DNA of 64,000 nucleotides from Epithemia pelagica (Eukaryota > Protista > Bacillariophyta), in assembly GCA_946965045.2 (NCBI GenBank), contig OX337240.1, positions 2,108,001 through 2,172,000 on the forward strand, given 5' to 3'. A program made the translations under genes and the position numbers. Positions within the stretch are counted from its first letter, which is position 1. Each line of letters starts with the position of its first letter. Under the pieces are notes generated by a model that was not told where the DNA came from, ran no database searches, and saw only the letters and a list, made by a program, of their open reading frames with translations. Of the stretch, positions 44,601-58,303 are shown piece after piece.

Positions 44601-45349
44601 GTGTTGTCGACATAGCAGTAGGTCATTTGTGAAATTCTAGCACAGAACATGGTTTTCTACAAGAAGTTGGTTTTCTACAAGAAGTTGTTTGTGTTGTCTG
44701 TCTTGTTTTTTGATGTGATTGTTGTCGTGTTGCGTTGTCTGTCTTGTTTTTTATGTGATTGTTGTTGTGAAACACAGGTCAAGTTTGGTGGGTCTGAGAT
44801 GTAATGGACCATCTTTACAGCTGCTTGAAATTGCTGGGATGATGTGGTTTTACACGTTTTAGCAGGCCCAGTCTCACCAACATCATATGCTCTTTTGGCT
44901 GTTTTGCCCATAGAGTTCATCTTCATTAGCATTAGCAGGGCCAGTCTCACCAACATCAGTTGAGTCATGGACCAGATGGGCTTCATTACCTTGGTCCAAT
45001 CCTCCTGAATATCTCCAACTGCACCCGATGGAATGGAATGGGCTAAAATACTACCATATTGAAACTCTTATGTGATTTTGTTCCAAGAGGATGTTCCTAA
45101 AAATTGCTCTGAATGCCAAAGTCACGTTGTAATCTTATGTTTATAAAGTCTTACAGTTTATTTGCCCATAGCATTCAGACTCATGAAGGCATTCGTTCCA
45201 CGAGAATAACTACACTACCAGTGCTTCCAGACTGTGCAACATCATGTCATGTACAAGATGGGTGTTGGGTGTCTTCACGTGATCATTGTATCAAATTAAG
45301 TTCATCTGTTCAAGTTTCAAACCAACCAAATGGAACTCACTAAGGCCAA

Positions 45350-47876
45350 AACATTGCACCCAGAGAATCCAATGATGTGGTAGTTGCTATTCCCATTGTG
45401 ATGAACACTTCTCCAGTGTGCCCGATCATCATGGGACATGGAGCCGGTTCTTGGAGTAATATTGTCCAGATCAAGGACAAGGAAGAATATATCCGGACCA
45501 CACCATCTTGAAGACGATTCCTCTTGGCTTTCATACTGATTCCAGATGTTGCCATGAGCCAATCCAAGGTATCCAGTCTACATTTGATCCTTTAATCGAA
45601 AGTGCTGGCTTGACTTGTTGGATTTTCCTTTCACCTTTGAACCCACCTTCCCAATGCAGTGATGCTGGACCCATCTCTTCATGGTGGGATGCAACTGATA
45701 GCAGGCCGAGGGTATTGCTTCTCAAAATACTTGTCAATTTGACACCATGGCTGATCGATTCTTCAGTAATGTCCTCAGACAATGATGAAAGAATGGTTTC
45801 CATGTCGTATTTAGTGTCAAGTAATACCTTAATAACCTCCTTCAAACCGTTTATGACCTTTTGGTTCGTCATGATCCAGCTGACCGAAACCACCGTTGCA
45901 TCAACACTCTAGCCAATTCTTGGGGAAAACCGTCACGTCGTTGCACACGTTGGCTGCAAAAACAAGGCAACGTCATTAGAAACTTAAGTATGCGGCAACA
46001 AAAAAGATAGTTTTCGCTAACCCATGTGTGGGTGCCCCGACTACTAGTAGGCAATGGCTGGGCGGCATAGAACCTGGTACATCTAAGCTGCTTGATCTGT
46101 GGTCAAAACAAGCCATGAATTAAGTATTTCCAATACGTTCTTGATGAGACCAAGAAAAATCATGTGCTTGGGGGCGTAATGGCAGCGGTCAATTCCCATG
46201 TCATCATTCCAGGTGACAGGAAGGACTGGAGATGACAAGCCATTCCTGGACGATGTGTATATTGTCTCAATTAGTTTGTTTGTGCACCCACAGGTCCGAA
46301 GATAGGCCATCATCTGGCTTTTGGTCCAAAATGTCTTGTTTGTACCTGGAATTTTGGTCCGTATATTATGGAAAGTGAAGTTGACGGCCTTCTTGAGCCA
46401 GGGGATTGTAATCCTTTTCGATTGTAATCTATTGGGATTGGTGGTTGAGTCGCTCCTTGTCCTTTTGGTGGATTCATTGTGATTTCCAATATTTGAATCC
46501 ACCGAATCACTACTTTCCACAGAGGAATGGTCATCCCCTTTCCCTCCAAGACCCATAAACACAGAGGAATGGTCATCCCCTTTCCCTCAATGATCATCCC
46601 CTTTCCCTCCAAGACCCATAAAATATGTAGTGGATCCTGTAGACGCGTTCTTTCCCAGACCAACTGTGAATGTATTGACCCATACCTGGTTTCTGGAAGA
46701 CTTGGCGTTATGGGGATTGAAATCATCCCTCCATTCTCTAACCCAAAGTAATAGTTCGTCGTCTTCAGGACTGGATAGTTCTTGTTGAAGTGACAAGAAT
46801 AATTTTTGGCCGTTTGGAGTAGCAGCTACACTTGGTACTCTGTCGGAGTCTTGTATGATGAGTTGCGCTGAAATTTTGAGATCATCGAAGTCTCTTGCCT
46901 TTCCCAGCTCATTTGCAATCAGATCGACCAGTGAGACATATGAATGACTCCCATCTTCAGTTGGTTTCAAAACAGGAATTGGCAAATTATTCATGAGATT
47001 GGCAAATTATTCATGAGAGCGTCCTTACCCAAGAGATAAAATCGATCGAAGTCTGTAGTGGAAGTTGGTAACCTTGTTTCTTAAATGGACAGGTCTGGGT
47101 TGGAACTGTTCCCAGCCAGAAGTAATATATCAGCCATTAATTCCCGCTGTCATCCACTTAGTTCGTGAAGCAAAGATGACATATGAACAGAGAATTGGGC
47201 TTCTTCTATTGTCACTTGATCAGTTCTCAACCCCAAAGCCTTTGCGGTGAGAAACTTTATGCCATTGTCTTTTTGTTGCATGTTTTCCCAAATGAAATAT
47301 GGGGTTTTGGACCCAGGGCAAAATCCAAGTGATGAAAGTGTCTCGAATGGTGGTACCTCGTTAAGAGTATCATTTCTGGTACATTTTCTGCTTGTGTGTA
47401 GACAGTACGATTTGGCCAGGTAGTGGATGACGTCTCTGTCTCTCCGATATGGCTCGTTGGTGAAATTTTGACTGTGAGTGACGCTTTACAAGCTTCCAGG
47501 ACGATATGAGTCCCCGATATGCACCTTTGAATGTACCCTGGAACTCAATACACGGCATACACACGAAAAATCGTTGGTCCTTGGATGTGCAATCAGTATT
47601 TGAACAGCAACCGTGGTACAAACCGAAATGGAAATCGGTAGGACACTTTGGGTGTAGATTTGTAGCCGTTGGGTGGCAACATTTTGGGCACTCATATCGG
47701 TGAGTGACCAATCCAACGGTTGGTTTTTCTGTCGACATTCCAAGTCTGTGGATGACTATCGGTAAGGCAGGAACATAGTACAACTCTCCGTTAGGGATGG
47801 TTGCCCTCCAACTCTCCGTTAGGGATGGTTGCCCTCTCGTAATGGTGCACCTTTGCGTGCACCTCCTTCCATTCAA
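45350..47876 (-). pseudogene. CACTA/EnSpm(CMC)/Plavaka-like transposase pseudogene with N-terminal Cys/His-rich region
   Basis: CPKC...CMPC..SKFH; WVREWRDDFNPHNAKSSRNQVW; CHYAPKHMIFLGLIK (MH..LG..K motif); MGPASLHWEGGFKGERKIQ (GP...W...ER motif); stops, frameshifts and internal duplications. Confidence 0.65.
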
Positions 47877-49448
47877 CAGAGAATGAATTTAATCTTGATT
47901 TAATCTTGATGTGGACAGATGATTGGTCTGGCGTTTATTCATGAATATCTACATCAATCGTGATAGATCACTGACCGATCAACCAATGCACTCTCTATAT
48001 TTCTATAAGTATTTCAATTCAAAAGTCAGTAGTACATAGGTTCTCTTTAACAGATAATTAATCCGTATATCTGTCGATTCAAATATTGCTCTATAAACTG
48101 TAATGCTGCACTCCCGAGCTTAAAGGCGATAGAAAGCGGGAGAAAGGCTCTTACACCTTCACTATTTCTACACATACAAACATCATCCGTCCAAGTGAGC
48201 ATCGCAATCGAGGCAAAAACCAACCCCGACCACGACAGATACACAGACTGAAGCATCAGTGTACGAGTCGGCCTAAACCGTTCCAGCCTACTTCTTGATT
48301 CAATCAATCAAATAGTACAAGAAGATTACTTTTCCAACATTCTCAAAGAAATTGAGGAACAAACCAAAGACGACTAGGATGAAGATGGTGGTGAGAAACC
48401 AGCTGCGATTTTGGAACTACTGTCTTTCGCATAAAACAAGGGCAACCGAGTGGTTGAAAGCATGTTGAATCACACGACGACTCCAAAAGATGGTCCCCAA
48501 CCCATGTCCATCATAGATAATCCAAGTCGTAGATAATCCAAGTAACAGTCACACTACAGGATCCACAGCTCAATGTGAACCACCGCATGTCCTCGCCAAT
48601 GACGATGTGATTGTAGATATCGCCCGTCAACATAACCAAATATGTTAACTTGAGCTTCACGCTCAATGCGCAAACACAAATCACTCGTTTATTCGTCATC
48701 CTGCATAGTCAGTGATAACGCCATAGTCTTAGCCCACAAGCGCCCCCACGGTCACTCAACTCAAGCTCCCTTCCATAAGCATAACGTAATGCTTGCGTAG
48801 TTTCGTAGTATTCAATGCCATCCTTTGCTTCTCCTATGCCTTCAATAAAATCTTGCATTTCACCTACTTGAAATGCTACCATTATCGTGTCATGTATTTT
48901 GAAGATTTCCCATTTCATTTTCATGTACCAAATGCCATATCAATTTGTATTCTCATTGGGAACAAAAACGACAAAGTCTTGGAGTTCTCTTGAAATGTTG
49001 GTTCCTGAGTATGGAATTAACAGTTGGTCAGCCATCAAGGTATTACTTCCTGTCTTGTGTGAGTGAATGCATCCACTGCTGGTTGACTAGTGCACATTTG
49101 AAACCCGTTAGTACCGCTTGCCATCCCAGGAACCTACTGATTGGATGTAGTCAGAGAAATAGTGAGCCCCCTTTTCTTCACCTCTTCAACCTTCGGGTGT
49201 TAATGGGCATGGAGCCACCCATCAATTGCTCCAACAGACCCATACATGATGGCTTCAAATTTTCCTACTGCTTGCTAGCAGCACCATTTCTTCTCCGACA
49301 CCAAGTCCTGGGCACAAAATATGTGTGGACAAATTTATGCCACTGATTTTGGATGGGTACATTTTTACCCAATGGCAAAGAAGAAAGATGCTTTAAAACC
49401 CAAAAATGTACAATCGGTGCACCCAACCTCTTTGTACCAGACCTGACG

Positions 49449-49692
49449 ATTGTTTTTGTTGGTCAACATTTTTAACTTTGATGGAGGAACAATACCTTTC
49501 CCACCCCAATTTGGTGTCATTCCAACTATAATATTGTTTTTGTTGGTCAACAAATGTAACTTTGATGGAACAATACCTTCCCCCCAGTTTTGTGCCATTC
49601 CAACTGTAATATTGTTTTTGTTGGTCATCAAATGTAACTTTGATGGAACACTACCTTTCCCACCCCAGTTTGGTGTCATTCCAACTGTAACA
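49449..49692 (+). repeat. 78-84-bp minisatellite x3, translating as an LRR-like repeat
   Basis: Units start at 49449, 49533, 49611; translation N.FDGTIP..QFG.IPT. Confidence 0.7.
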
Positions 49693-49844
49693 TAGGATGA
49701 TTTTTGGAATCTTGTGTCAAAAATCATGATTTGCCAGCATGCTGTTGGAACTTCACCTTAATCACAGGTATTCCCACAACTTTGGTGATGACTTTGATTT
49801 CAGATGGAAAGGTGGTTGGTTCTTGTTTCTGGGAGTTTTGATGA

Positions 49845-49972
49845 AAACTGGACGCTCAGCTGTGTTTGGATGAAACATGGTCCCACCCTCTCCCACATTA
49901 GTGATTTTAAACAATTCACAAACTGGAAGCTCAGCTGTGTTTAGATGAAACATGGTCCCACCCTCTCCCACA
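49845..49972. repeat. About 53-bp direct repeat with 75-bp period
   Basis: AAACTGGA(C/A)GCTCAGCTGTGTTT(G/A)GATGAAACATGGTCCCACCCTCTCCCACA twice. Confidence 0.85.
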
Positions 49973-50774
49973 CCAGTGACTTAAACACTTGAAAACAGGG
50001 CTGTACAACACCACAATTTATGCATATATATTTTCTGTTAAATTGAATAAATTATTTATTTGTCCTTTAAAAAAATTATCTGTAATATATTCAGGGTTAG
50101 GGTTATCCGAATCACCTGTGTTCTGAATGACCATGGTGGTGAGCATTAATTCTTCATTGTCTTGAAACCAAAAGAATCCCAAACAATCAAACTAAGGTTA
50201 ACTTTCTCTAAAGGTATGTTCATGATAGGCTCCTACTTTTGTTGAGCTTGTGTGCTTTTGGAGCTGTTCTTTCGGTACACCTGTGACCTTCAAGTCCATA
50301 ATCATCATCAAAATTCCGGCTGGAACTTTGTATTGTCTCAAGAACCAACGGTGCGATTCAAGTTGGACCTGTTTCATTGGAATCGCAACTTTTCAATTGA
50401 TGGGAAGGCACACTTGCACCGGCTCAAATGGACATTTGGTTCCTATTTTATGCTCCATTGAAACTTTCCACTGGTCTTTTCATGTTGTCCTAATCAAAAT
50501 GTGCACTGTTCAGATGAAAACCATTGCCTATTAGTATTATAACAGATGACATCTCTGGGAAACCTTGGAGGTATTAGGAGACCAACAATGCACGACCAGG
50601 GATATTCAGTTCCAGATTTGTCTGGGTTCCCATTCATGATCAGTTTGTCCTTCTCTGGTGATAGACGACATTAGACTTTTTGAATGTGCACATCATACTC
50701 ATCAAAAATGCCCTTTTCCTTATATATGATGAGATCAAAAACAGGATTCAAATATCCCAACAGTTCTGTTTTGA

Positions 50775-52235
50775 ATTCCGACGCAGACAGCTTTTTCGGA
50801 CGATGAATTGACCATGGTGGGAGCTGGTTTGGGACATGGTATTACCAACACTAAGGAGCTCAAAGTGATGGCCTTTGATGAAACACTGGCTCAAGCCGAC
50901 AAGGATGCCTGGATCAAGTCGGTTGATGAGGAACACCAGCACATGATTGATTGTGGTGTATGGGTGCCCATTCGGAAAGAAGATCTTCCACCCAATTGTG
51001 ATATCATTGACTCTACTTGGTCGATGAAGAAGAAGGCATGTGACATGTATTGCGCTCGTTTGGCAGCATGCTGTGGATTCAAGCAACGTGAGGGGGTATC
51101 CTATGATCACGACAATCTATTTGCACTGGTGGTTCATGGGCTTACTGTGAAAACTGCCTTCGCCATGTTGATTCTGGCCGGACGGAATGCTCATTTAAGG
51201 GATGTGAAAGGGGCTTTTCTGAAATGTGGTTTTCGCCCTCAGCACAATCTGGCGATGGAAGTCGTGAAATGATTCGAGAAATTTTACCCGTACGATTGGT
51301 TGCTTCTTTTGCTCAAGACCTTGTACAAAAATGTTTTGGGAGTTTATTTTGAAGCTTATGCAGAGTATGGACTTTGATCGGAATAACGCCCACCCTTATT
51401 TGTATTTCGCATGGACTCAATTTGGGCTTATCTTGTTTCTGTCCTACATTAACAACATCATTCCTATGGGGCCTAAGGAAGGAGTTATGCGTTATCAGGA
51501 AATCTTCAAGGGAAGGTTGATGTTTATGATAGTATTGTGCCGTTGAACGAATACTTGGGAAACAAAGTCAAGATTAATACTGAAGAGCGTACAAAGAAAT
51601 TTACCAAACTGGTTCTCCTTCAGAGTTTTGGGGACGAATTTGAAGTGGGGGAGGCTACATTAAAAACTCGTGCTACGTCGCACAGTACACTACAACCTGG
51701 AGACGAGAGTTCGCGTTTGGATGCCAAGGGCACATTTCAAGTCCGATCCGGGATTGGGAAGCTATTGTACTTGATGAAGTGGAGTCGTCCCGATATTTCA
51801 AATGCAGTTCGTGGTTTAAGTCGGTTCATGCAGGAACCTGCTCTTGTGCATGACAAGGCCATGGGACGCTTGATGGAACACTGCGTTTTTACGGAACAGC
51901 GTGGTTTGGTTCTTAAGCTTGAGGGACAGTATGGAAGAGTTCGAGAATAGCGGTCGGTCCGACATTGACTACGCGAAACAGCACGATCGCATGAGTGTTA
52001 GCGGAATCTCAGCATTTCTCAATGATGCGCCTATCCAGACAAAAAGCAAGACTCAGCACATTGTAACCCTGAGTGTTACGCGAGCCGAATTGGTGGCTGT
52101 GGTGGAATGTGTACAACCGATGTTGTTTGCACGACAGATTATTCTATATATGGGGCTTAAGGTGAAACTACCCATGCTATTGAAGATGGACAATGAAGGT
52201 AGTAAGGACATTATCAATTCCTGGCCAGTTGGTGC
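50775..52235 (+). pseudogene. Decayed RT-RNase H of Copia family 2
   Basis: Collinear with 56640-58010 (ITNTKELKVM, STWSMKKK, DVKGAFL, LMKWSRPDISNAVR); more degraded. Confidence 0.92.
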
Positions 52236-52959
52236 ACAAAGTGTACCAAGCCATACACAATTGCTGTTCACTTCATGCATTGGAATGCGCAGAATTAGCC
52301 ATACACAATTGCTGTTCACTTCATGCATTGAAATGCGCAGAATTAACCATACATCCCTGAGCTCTTTTTTCTCACTTCTGACTTTTGACTCTCAGTTGCG
52401 ATGAATCTTTCCAGTTTTTTTTTGCAGAAATGGCTTGGGCGACAAAACTTGTCAATGAAGGAGTTCAAGCGTTTGATGGATCAGAACACACTAAAGGAGA
52501 GGAGACACCCCCAGAAGCCCGTTTGCACCAGAAATACCCATGGTCCACAAAGAAAGTAGGATGACAAGTCTTTTCAGGTTCACGTCTCATGTTTATGCTA
52601 CAGATGTAGTGTGAAGCCATCAATGTAGGCAGCATATTGCATCAATTAATGAACACTCCAGACATGAAGACAAACTCACCTCAACAAAAAAGAAAATGGC
52701 AATATCCACAGTTGAGGCAAGCTGATCTACAAGAACGCACGGCAAGGAGTATTCAAGAAGGTCCATCTAGGACACCTCAAAGCTAATCAATCTCATTCGA
52801 ACTTTCCATAACAAGGTTGCAGTATCAAGAACAATTCAAGAAGAAGGGAACAGCTTTGAGTGAGGACCTCTCTCTGAAAAACAGCTTGAAGAAACAAGAA
52901 TCACATTATCGGAAATGTAAAATTCAGCTTAAGACGTGTAATAGAGGAACTGCTAGCGA

Positions 52960-53222
52960 ACTTAGACTACCCTTCAAGAAACCAACTATCTTCTCTGAAG
53001 TATTTGAAGGTGCGTTTTATGTTGCCACCAAGCAATGATCAACACCTAGGACCAAACACTTCATCACATACCTACACTTCTTCTGGGAACATGTGGGAGA
53101 TCACCCAGGCGGAGTAAAGGTGAGCATGGTAGGAACAGAGGAGCAAAGGGCAGACTACTTTACACAATGCCAAACTAGGGAACTCTTTGAAAAGTGCCAT
53201 AAGCTCAATCAAGGATGCTAGC
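52960..53222 (+). pseudogene. Copia RNase H C-terminus of another family; lies just upstream of the insertion site of the 53369 element
   Basis: PTIFSEVFE--GAFYVATKQ*STPRTKHF...HFFWEHV...EEQRADYFT...LFEKCHKLNQGC*. Confidence 0.7.
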
Positions 53223-53368
53223 TATAGAATTAGGCTACCTTTTGAAGAACAACACCTAGACAATATGTGTCCACAAGCCTACGAAGGAATAGCTACGCCA
53301 TCTGCCCATGAGGATGACATGTCGAAACACGTGGTTCAATGTCTGCTTTCTGAATAATGAGCAAAGTA

Positions 53369-53655
53369 TGTTGGAACCTATTGTGGCCTGACTGATGGTC
53401 GCCCTTATAACGGTCTGGATTAGCGCTGTGGCCTCTATAACGGTCGGGATTAGCGCCTTGGGATTCGACTACTGGCTGGGGAAACTATGTACGGGATCAG
53501 GTCTGATGAATGGGAGCTGAAATAGGTCTTACTCACACGGGGATACAAACAAACAACAAGGAATACGATTAGGATAACAAAACAAAACATTAGTAGTGAA
53601 ATCAAAAGTTTGAGAAAAGCAAAACCTAAAAGGCCAGTCTCAAAGTGTTCTAGCA
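53369..53655 (+). repeat. 5' LTR of family 2 (287 bp) with internal 30-bp direct repeat
   Basis: Matches 58018-58303 with 5 differences; TATAACGGTC(T/G)GGATTAGCGC twice. Confidence 0.93.
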
Positions 53656-56600
53656 CGCTTCGAAGCGATAGGAGATCGCTCGAGACAACGATGGCTACGG
53701 TAGACGACTTATCATTGAAGCACCTACGTTTGCAGACGTTTGATGGAAAACACGAAAATTTCCAAGTATGGTTTATGAACTTTCGTTCCTATGCATTGGC
53801 ACATGGATTCAAGTCGGCCGTTAGCAAGGATGGTCCGGATCCTCATTTACCTGGAAGAGATGACGAGGTCCTTTCGACTGATGATGCACTGGCAGCTCGG
53901 CAATCCTTAGCCAAGAAGAAGAATGCAATGGCATTTTGTGCACTCAACCTTGCCATGTCCAGTTTCCAGATGATCCGAATGTTAACCGAAGCTCAAAAGG
54001 ATGAGTGGCCAGATGGTTTGGCCTGGAGGGTGATTGCTGCGTTGCATCGTAGATTCAAGCCGACAGACACCGTATCGAAGATTGAGATGCGACGGTTGTT
54101 GGGTAAAGTGGCAATGACCAAGAAAGAAGATCCGTCCACTCTGTTCAGCCAAATCGGGCAGATTGAAAATATTTTCAACGTGTCGATTGATGATGAGGAG
54201 AAAATTGCGATTGCAATCGAAGCAGCTCCGTGAGAATACCAAGCGATTATTGTATCGGAGCAACGCCAGTAGGGTGCAGCATTGACGTTGGACCATATCG
54301 AAGACGTTATGTGGTTGCACTGGCGTGCACTTTATGGTCAGCGCAGCAAGAATTTCCTCCGAGACGACGGAGATGAAGACAATGAAATTGGTCTCGCAGC
54401 TGGAGACAAACAAGGTTCAACGTCAGGAAAGTCGAAATCAAGCAAGAAGGGTGGGAAAGGTGGCAAGAAAACTTACAAGTTCAAGGGCAAGTGTGGGAAG
54501 GTCGGGCACAAGGCCGAAGACTGCTGGATAAAATCTGAAAACAAGGACAAGAGGCCCGAATGGTATAAGGTCGAGGAGCATGGCAAAGTGGCAAAGGACA
54601 GTGGTGAGACGGATGGCGAAGGCAGCGTTGAAATCATCACTTGCGCAGTTGACTTACCTCCATTGATCCCTCGGAACATGGTATGGTTGGATACCGATGA
54701 CGAGGATGAACACAACAAATTTGAAGACCTCGCTGATTCTGTGCTCGATCATGAGATCGTGAGTGACACCGACGACGAAGAGACAGAGGGCGAGTGAAGA
54801 CCAAGATTGGATCAGTTTGTTGGGTGACGACTCGTTGGTTGTTGTATCAGAAGACGAAGAAGATGAAGTGAACAGGGAGATCTGCTGTGCCGGTATGGAC
54901 AAGGAAATGGAATTCCCAGCCATCCAAAGTCTCCTCACAGATCCGAATGTTTGGATCGCCGACACTGGAGCGACGACGCATATGACTCCGTTTCGCGTCG
55001 GAATGGTTGATGTCAAGAAACAACATGATGAGAAAGGGATCACCATGGGCAACAACAAAACAGAAAAGGTCGTGGAAGTTGGCAACTTACCTGGAGTGTT
55101 GCACGACAAGAATGGGAACGCGCTCAACCGTGTGAAGATGCAAGACGTGTGCGTGGTTCCAAGTGGTGGGTTCAACCTGTTCAGTATCACGAAAATGCAA
55201 ATGAGTGGTTGGAAGCTCGAAGGAGACAAACAATCGATCCGACTTACCAAGAATGGGCAGGAAATCATCTTTGATATCAAGATCCAAGCGCCCAAGGGAG
55301 TGATTTTTGCCGTGTATTTTGAACGAACCGAGTTGGGGAACGCAGCAACAAGTGACAAGCAAATCAAGATGACAATCGAACAGGCTCATGAGAAACTGGG
55401 TCACATCGGAGAGAAAGCAGTGATTGAAACAGCAAAGAAACTTGGATGGAAACTCACCAAGACGACGATGCCAAAATGTGCAGCTCGTGCAGCTGGAAAG
55501 GCAAAACAGAAGAACTTGCCGCGAAATGAGGCCGGAGAAGATGACAGGGAACGTGATGACGAGAAACAACTTCGTGCTTACCTTGACATGGCCTCGATCA
55601 AGAAGAAGCACGATATGCCAATTCCGTCGAAGCCGCAATGGAGAATCTTGGTGGTCCATCCGAAAGTCCAGCTCAAGCTCTCCATGTGAGAAAATGGCGT
55701 TGATGAAACAGCATGGTGTGACCATCACTCACCTTCGATTGGACAATGCAGGCGAGAACAAGGCCTTGCAGAAACGGTGTCAAAATGAAAAGTGGCAACT
55801 TGGGATCTAGTTTGAATTCACTGCCCGTGATACACCCCAGCAAAACTCTGTCGCTGAGGTGGGATTTGCTACCGTGATGAATCGAGCACGTGCAATGATG
55901 CACCGTGCTAATATCCCCATCGAAATCCGCTTCAAGTTGTGGCACGAGGCTTGCATGACGGCAACGCTTTTGGACGGCTTGGTTGTCGTGGATCATGGGG
56001 GAAAATCTGCGACTCGATACGAACACATTTGGGGGAAAGTGCCAACGTTCGCGAAACACTTGCGAGTATGGGGGGAAGCTGGAACGGTCAAGATCAAGAC
56101 TGAAACTTCCCCGAAATTGATGGACAAAGGAGTACATTGCTTGTTCGTTGGATATGCACGCGATCATCCGGGCGACTGTTATCGGATGTTTGATCCTAAA
56201 ACAGGTCGTGTTCGGGAAACATGTGACGTGACTTGGCTAAAGCGGCTATACTACAAGAAACCGCCTTATGCTAAGGAACTACAAACTAATCAAGTCGTGG
56301 ATGCTGAGGATGTTGCATCAAATCACGAGGAGAGTCGCGGAAGTGGTCGCGAAAACGATGGCTAGGACGACCATGGCGGAAACGACGGCGATGTGGACGA
56401 CAACAACCCCAACAATGAAGATGAACCGGATGATCCGATGCCTGAGGTGAACATAAGCACAGGCAGTGACGAATCCACGGCTCCAGTGCGGAATATTGTG
56501 ATTCCGGAGCCCGTTGGAACAACGACAACGACGCGAACTGGTCGTACAGTAGGAGCACCACAACGGTTGATTGCTGAAATTGGACAAGCCGTGTTGTCTA

Positions 56601-58017
56601 AGAAGGCCAAACAGAATTACTCCATGCCCTTCAAGCATTGGACTCTGATGCCGACAGCTTCTTGGATGAAGAATTGGCCATGGTGGGTGCTGGATTGGGG
56701 CAAGGCATCACAAATACAAAAGAGCTCAAAGTGATGACCTTTGCTGAGGCAATGGCCCAGGCTGACAAGGACGCATGGGTCAAGTAAGTTGAAGAAGATC
56801 ACCAGCGCATGATTGATTGTGGCGTCTGGGTGCCCGTTTGGAAAGAAGATTTGCCTCCCAATTGTGATATCATCGATTGGACCTGGTCTATGAAGAAGAA
56901 GGCCAGTGGGAAGGATCGCGTTCGTCTTGCGGCACGTGGTTTCAAACAACGCGAAGGAGTGTCATACGATCGTGATGATTTATTCGCACCGGTGGTCAAC
57001 GAACTCACTGTGAAAATTGCCTTTGTTATGATGATTTTGGCTGGGTGGTACGCTCATTTAATGGACGTAAAAGGGGCTTTTCTAAAATTTGGTTTTCGCC
57101 CGCAGCACGAAGTGGCAATGGAAGTCCCAAGAGGATTTGAGATATTCTATCCCTATGGTTGGTTGTTGCTTCTGTTGAAGACGCTCTATGGATGCAAGCA
57201 AGCCGCTAAGATGTTTTGGGAATTTCTGCTGAAGCTTATGCAGAGTATGGGCTTTGATCGAAGTTAAGCCGACCCTTGTTTGAATTTCGAATGGACTCAA
57301 TTTGGGCTTATCTTGTTTCTGTCCTATATTGACGATATGATTCTTATGGGGAATAAAGACAGAGTTATGCATTTCCATGAGATCTTCAAGGGAAAGGTCG
57401 ATATTGATGATATTGGACCGTTGGATGAATATTTGGGGAGCAAGATCGAAATTAGTACTGAACAAGGCACAGTCAAAATTACCCAACCAGTTCTCCTTTG
57501 CAATTTTGGGGACGAATTTGGAGTAGGGGAGGGTACATCGAAAACACCTGCTGTACCGCACAGTACACTACAACCTGGAGATGAGAGTTCGCGTTTGGAT
57601 GCCAAGGGCACATTTCGAGTTCGGTCCGGGATTGGGAAGTTATTGTACTTGATGAAATGGAGTCGTCCCGATATTTCGAATGCCGTTCGGGATTTGAGTC
57701 GGTTCATGCAGGAACCTTCTCTTGCGCATGACAAAGCTATACGACGCTTGATGGAATACTGCGTTTCAACGGAACAGCGTGGTTTGGTCCTAAAGCCTGA
57801 GCGACAGTGGGATGGAACAGCCGATTACGAGTTCAGTGACTACGCGAAACAGCACGATCGGAAGAGTGTTAGCAGAATTTCGGTGTTACGAAAAGCAAGA
57901 CTCAGAGCATCCTAACCCTGAGCGTTACGGAAGCCGAATTGGTGGCTGCTGTGGACTGTGTGCAGTCAATGTTGTTCGCTTGGCAAATTATTCTCAGCAT
58001 GGGGCTTAAGCAAAGTA

Positions 58018-58303
58018 TGTTGGAACCTATTGTGGCCTGACTGATGGTCGCCCTTATAACGGTCGGGATTAGCGCTGTGGCCTCTATAACGGTCGGGATT
58101 AGCGCCTTGGGATTCGACTACTGGCTGGGGAAACTATGTACGGGATCAGGTCTGATGAATGGGAGCTGAAATAGGTCTTACTCACACGGGGATACAAACA
58201 AACAACAAGGAATACGATTAGGATAACAAAACAAAACATTAGTAGTGAAATCATAAGTTTGGAAAAGCAAAACCTAAAAGGCTAGTCTCGAAGTGTTCTA
58301 GCA
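58018..58303 (+). repeat. 3' LTR of family 2 (286 bp)
   Basis: As above; flanked by AAGTA on both sides. Confidence 0.93.

Larger units (their letters stand above)
53369..58303 (+). mobile_element. Ty1/Copia LTR retrotransposon family 2, decayed, RNase H end and PPT missing
   Basis: LTRs TGTTGG...CTAGCA; 5-bp TSD AAGTA at 53364-53368 and 58304-58308; gag from ATG 53691, knuckle KCGKVGHKAEDCW, protease WIADTGAT, integrase HEKLGH, LDNAGEN, TPQQNSVAE, RT; multiple stops and frameshifts. Confidence 0.95.

Noticed and set aside
49300-49395. ATDFGWVHFYPMAKKKDA as a CoDi integrase scrap
   Set aside because: Plausible but under 35 codons; too short to support as a feature
50093-50106. GGGTTAGGGTTA as telomeric repeat
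   Set aside because: Only two units; expected by chance
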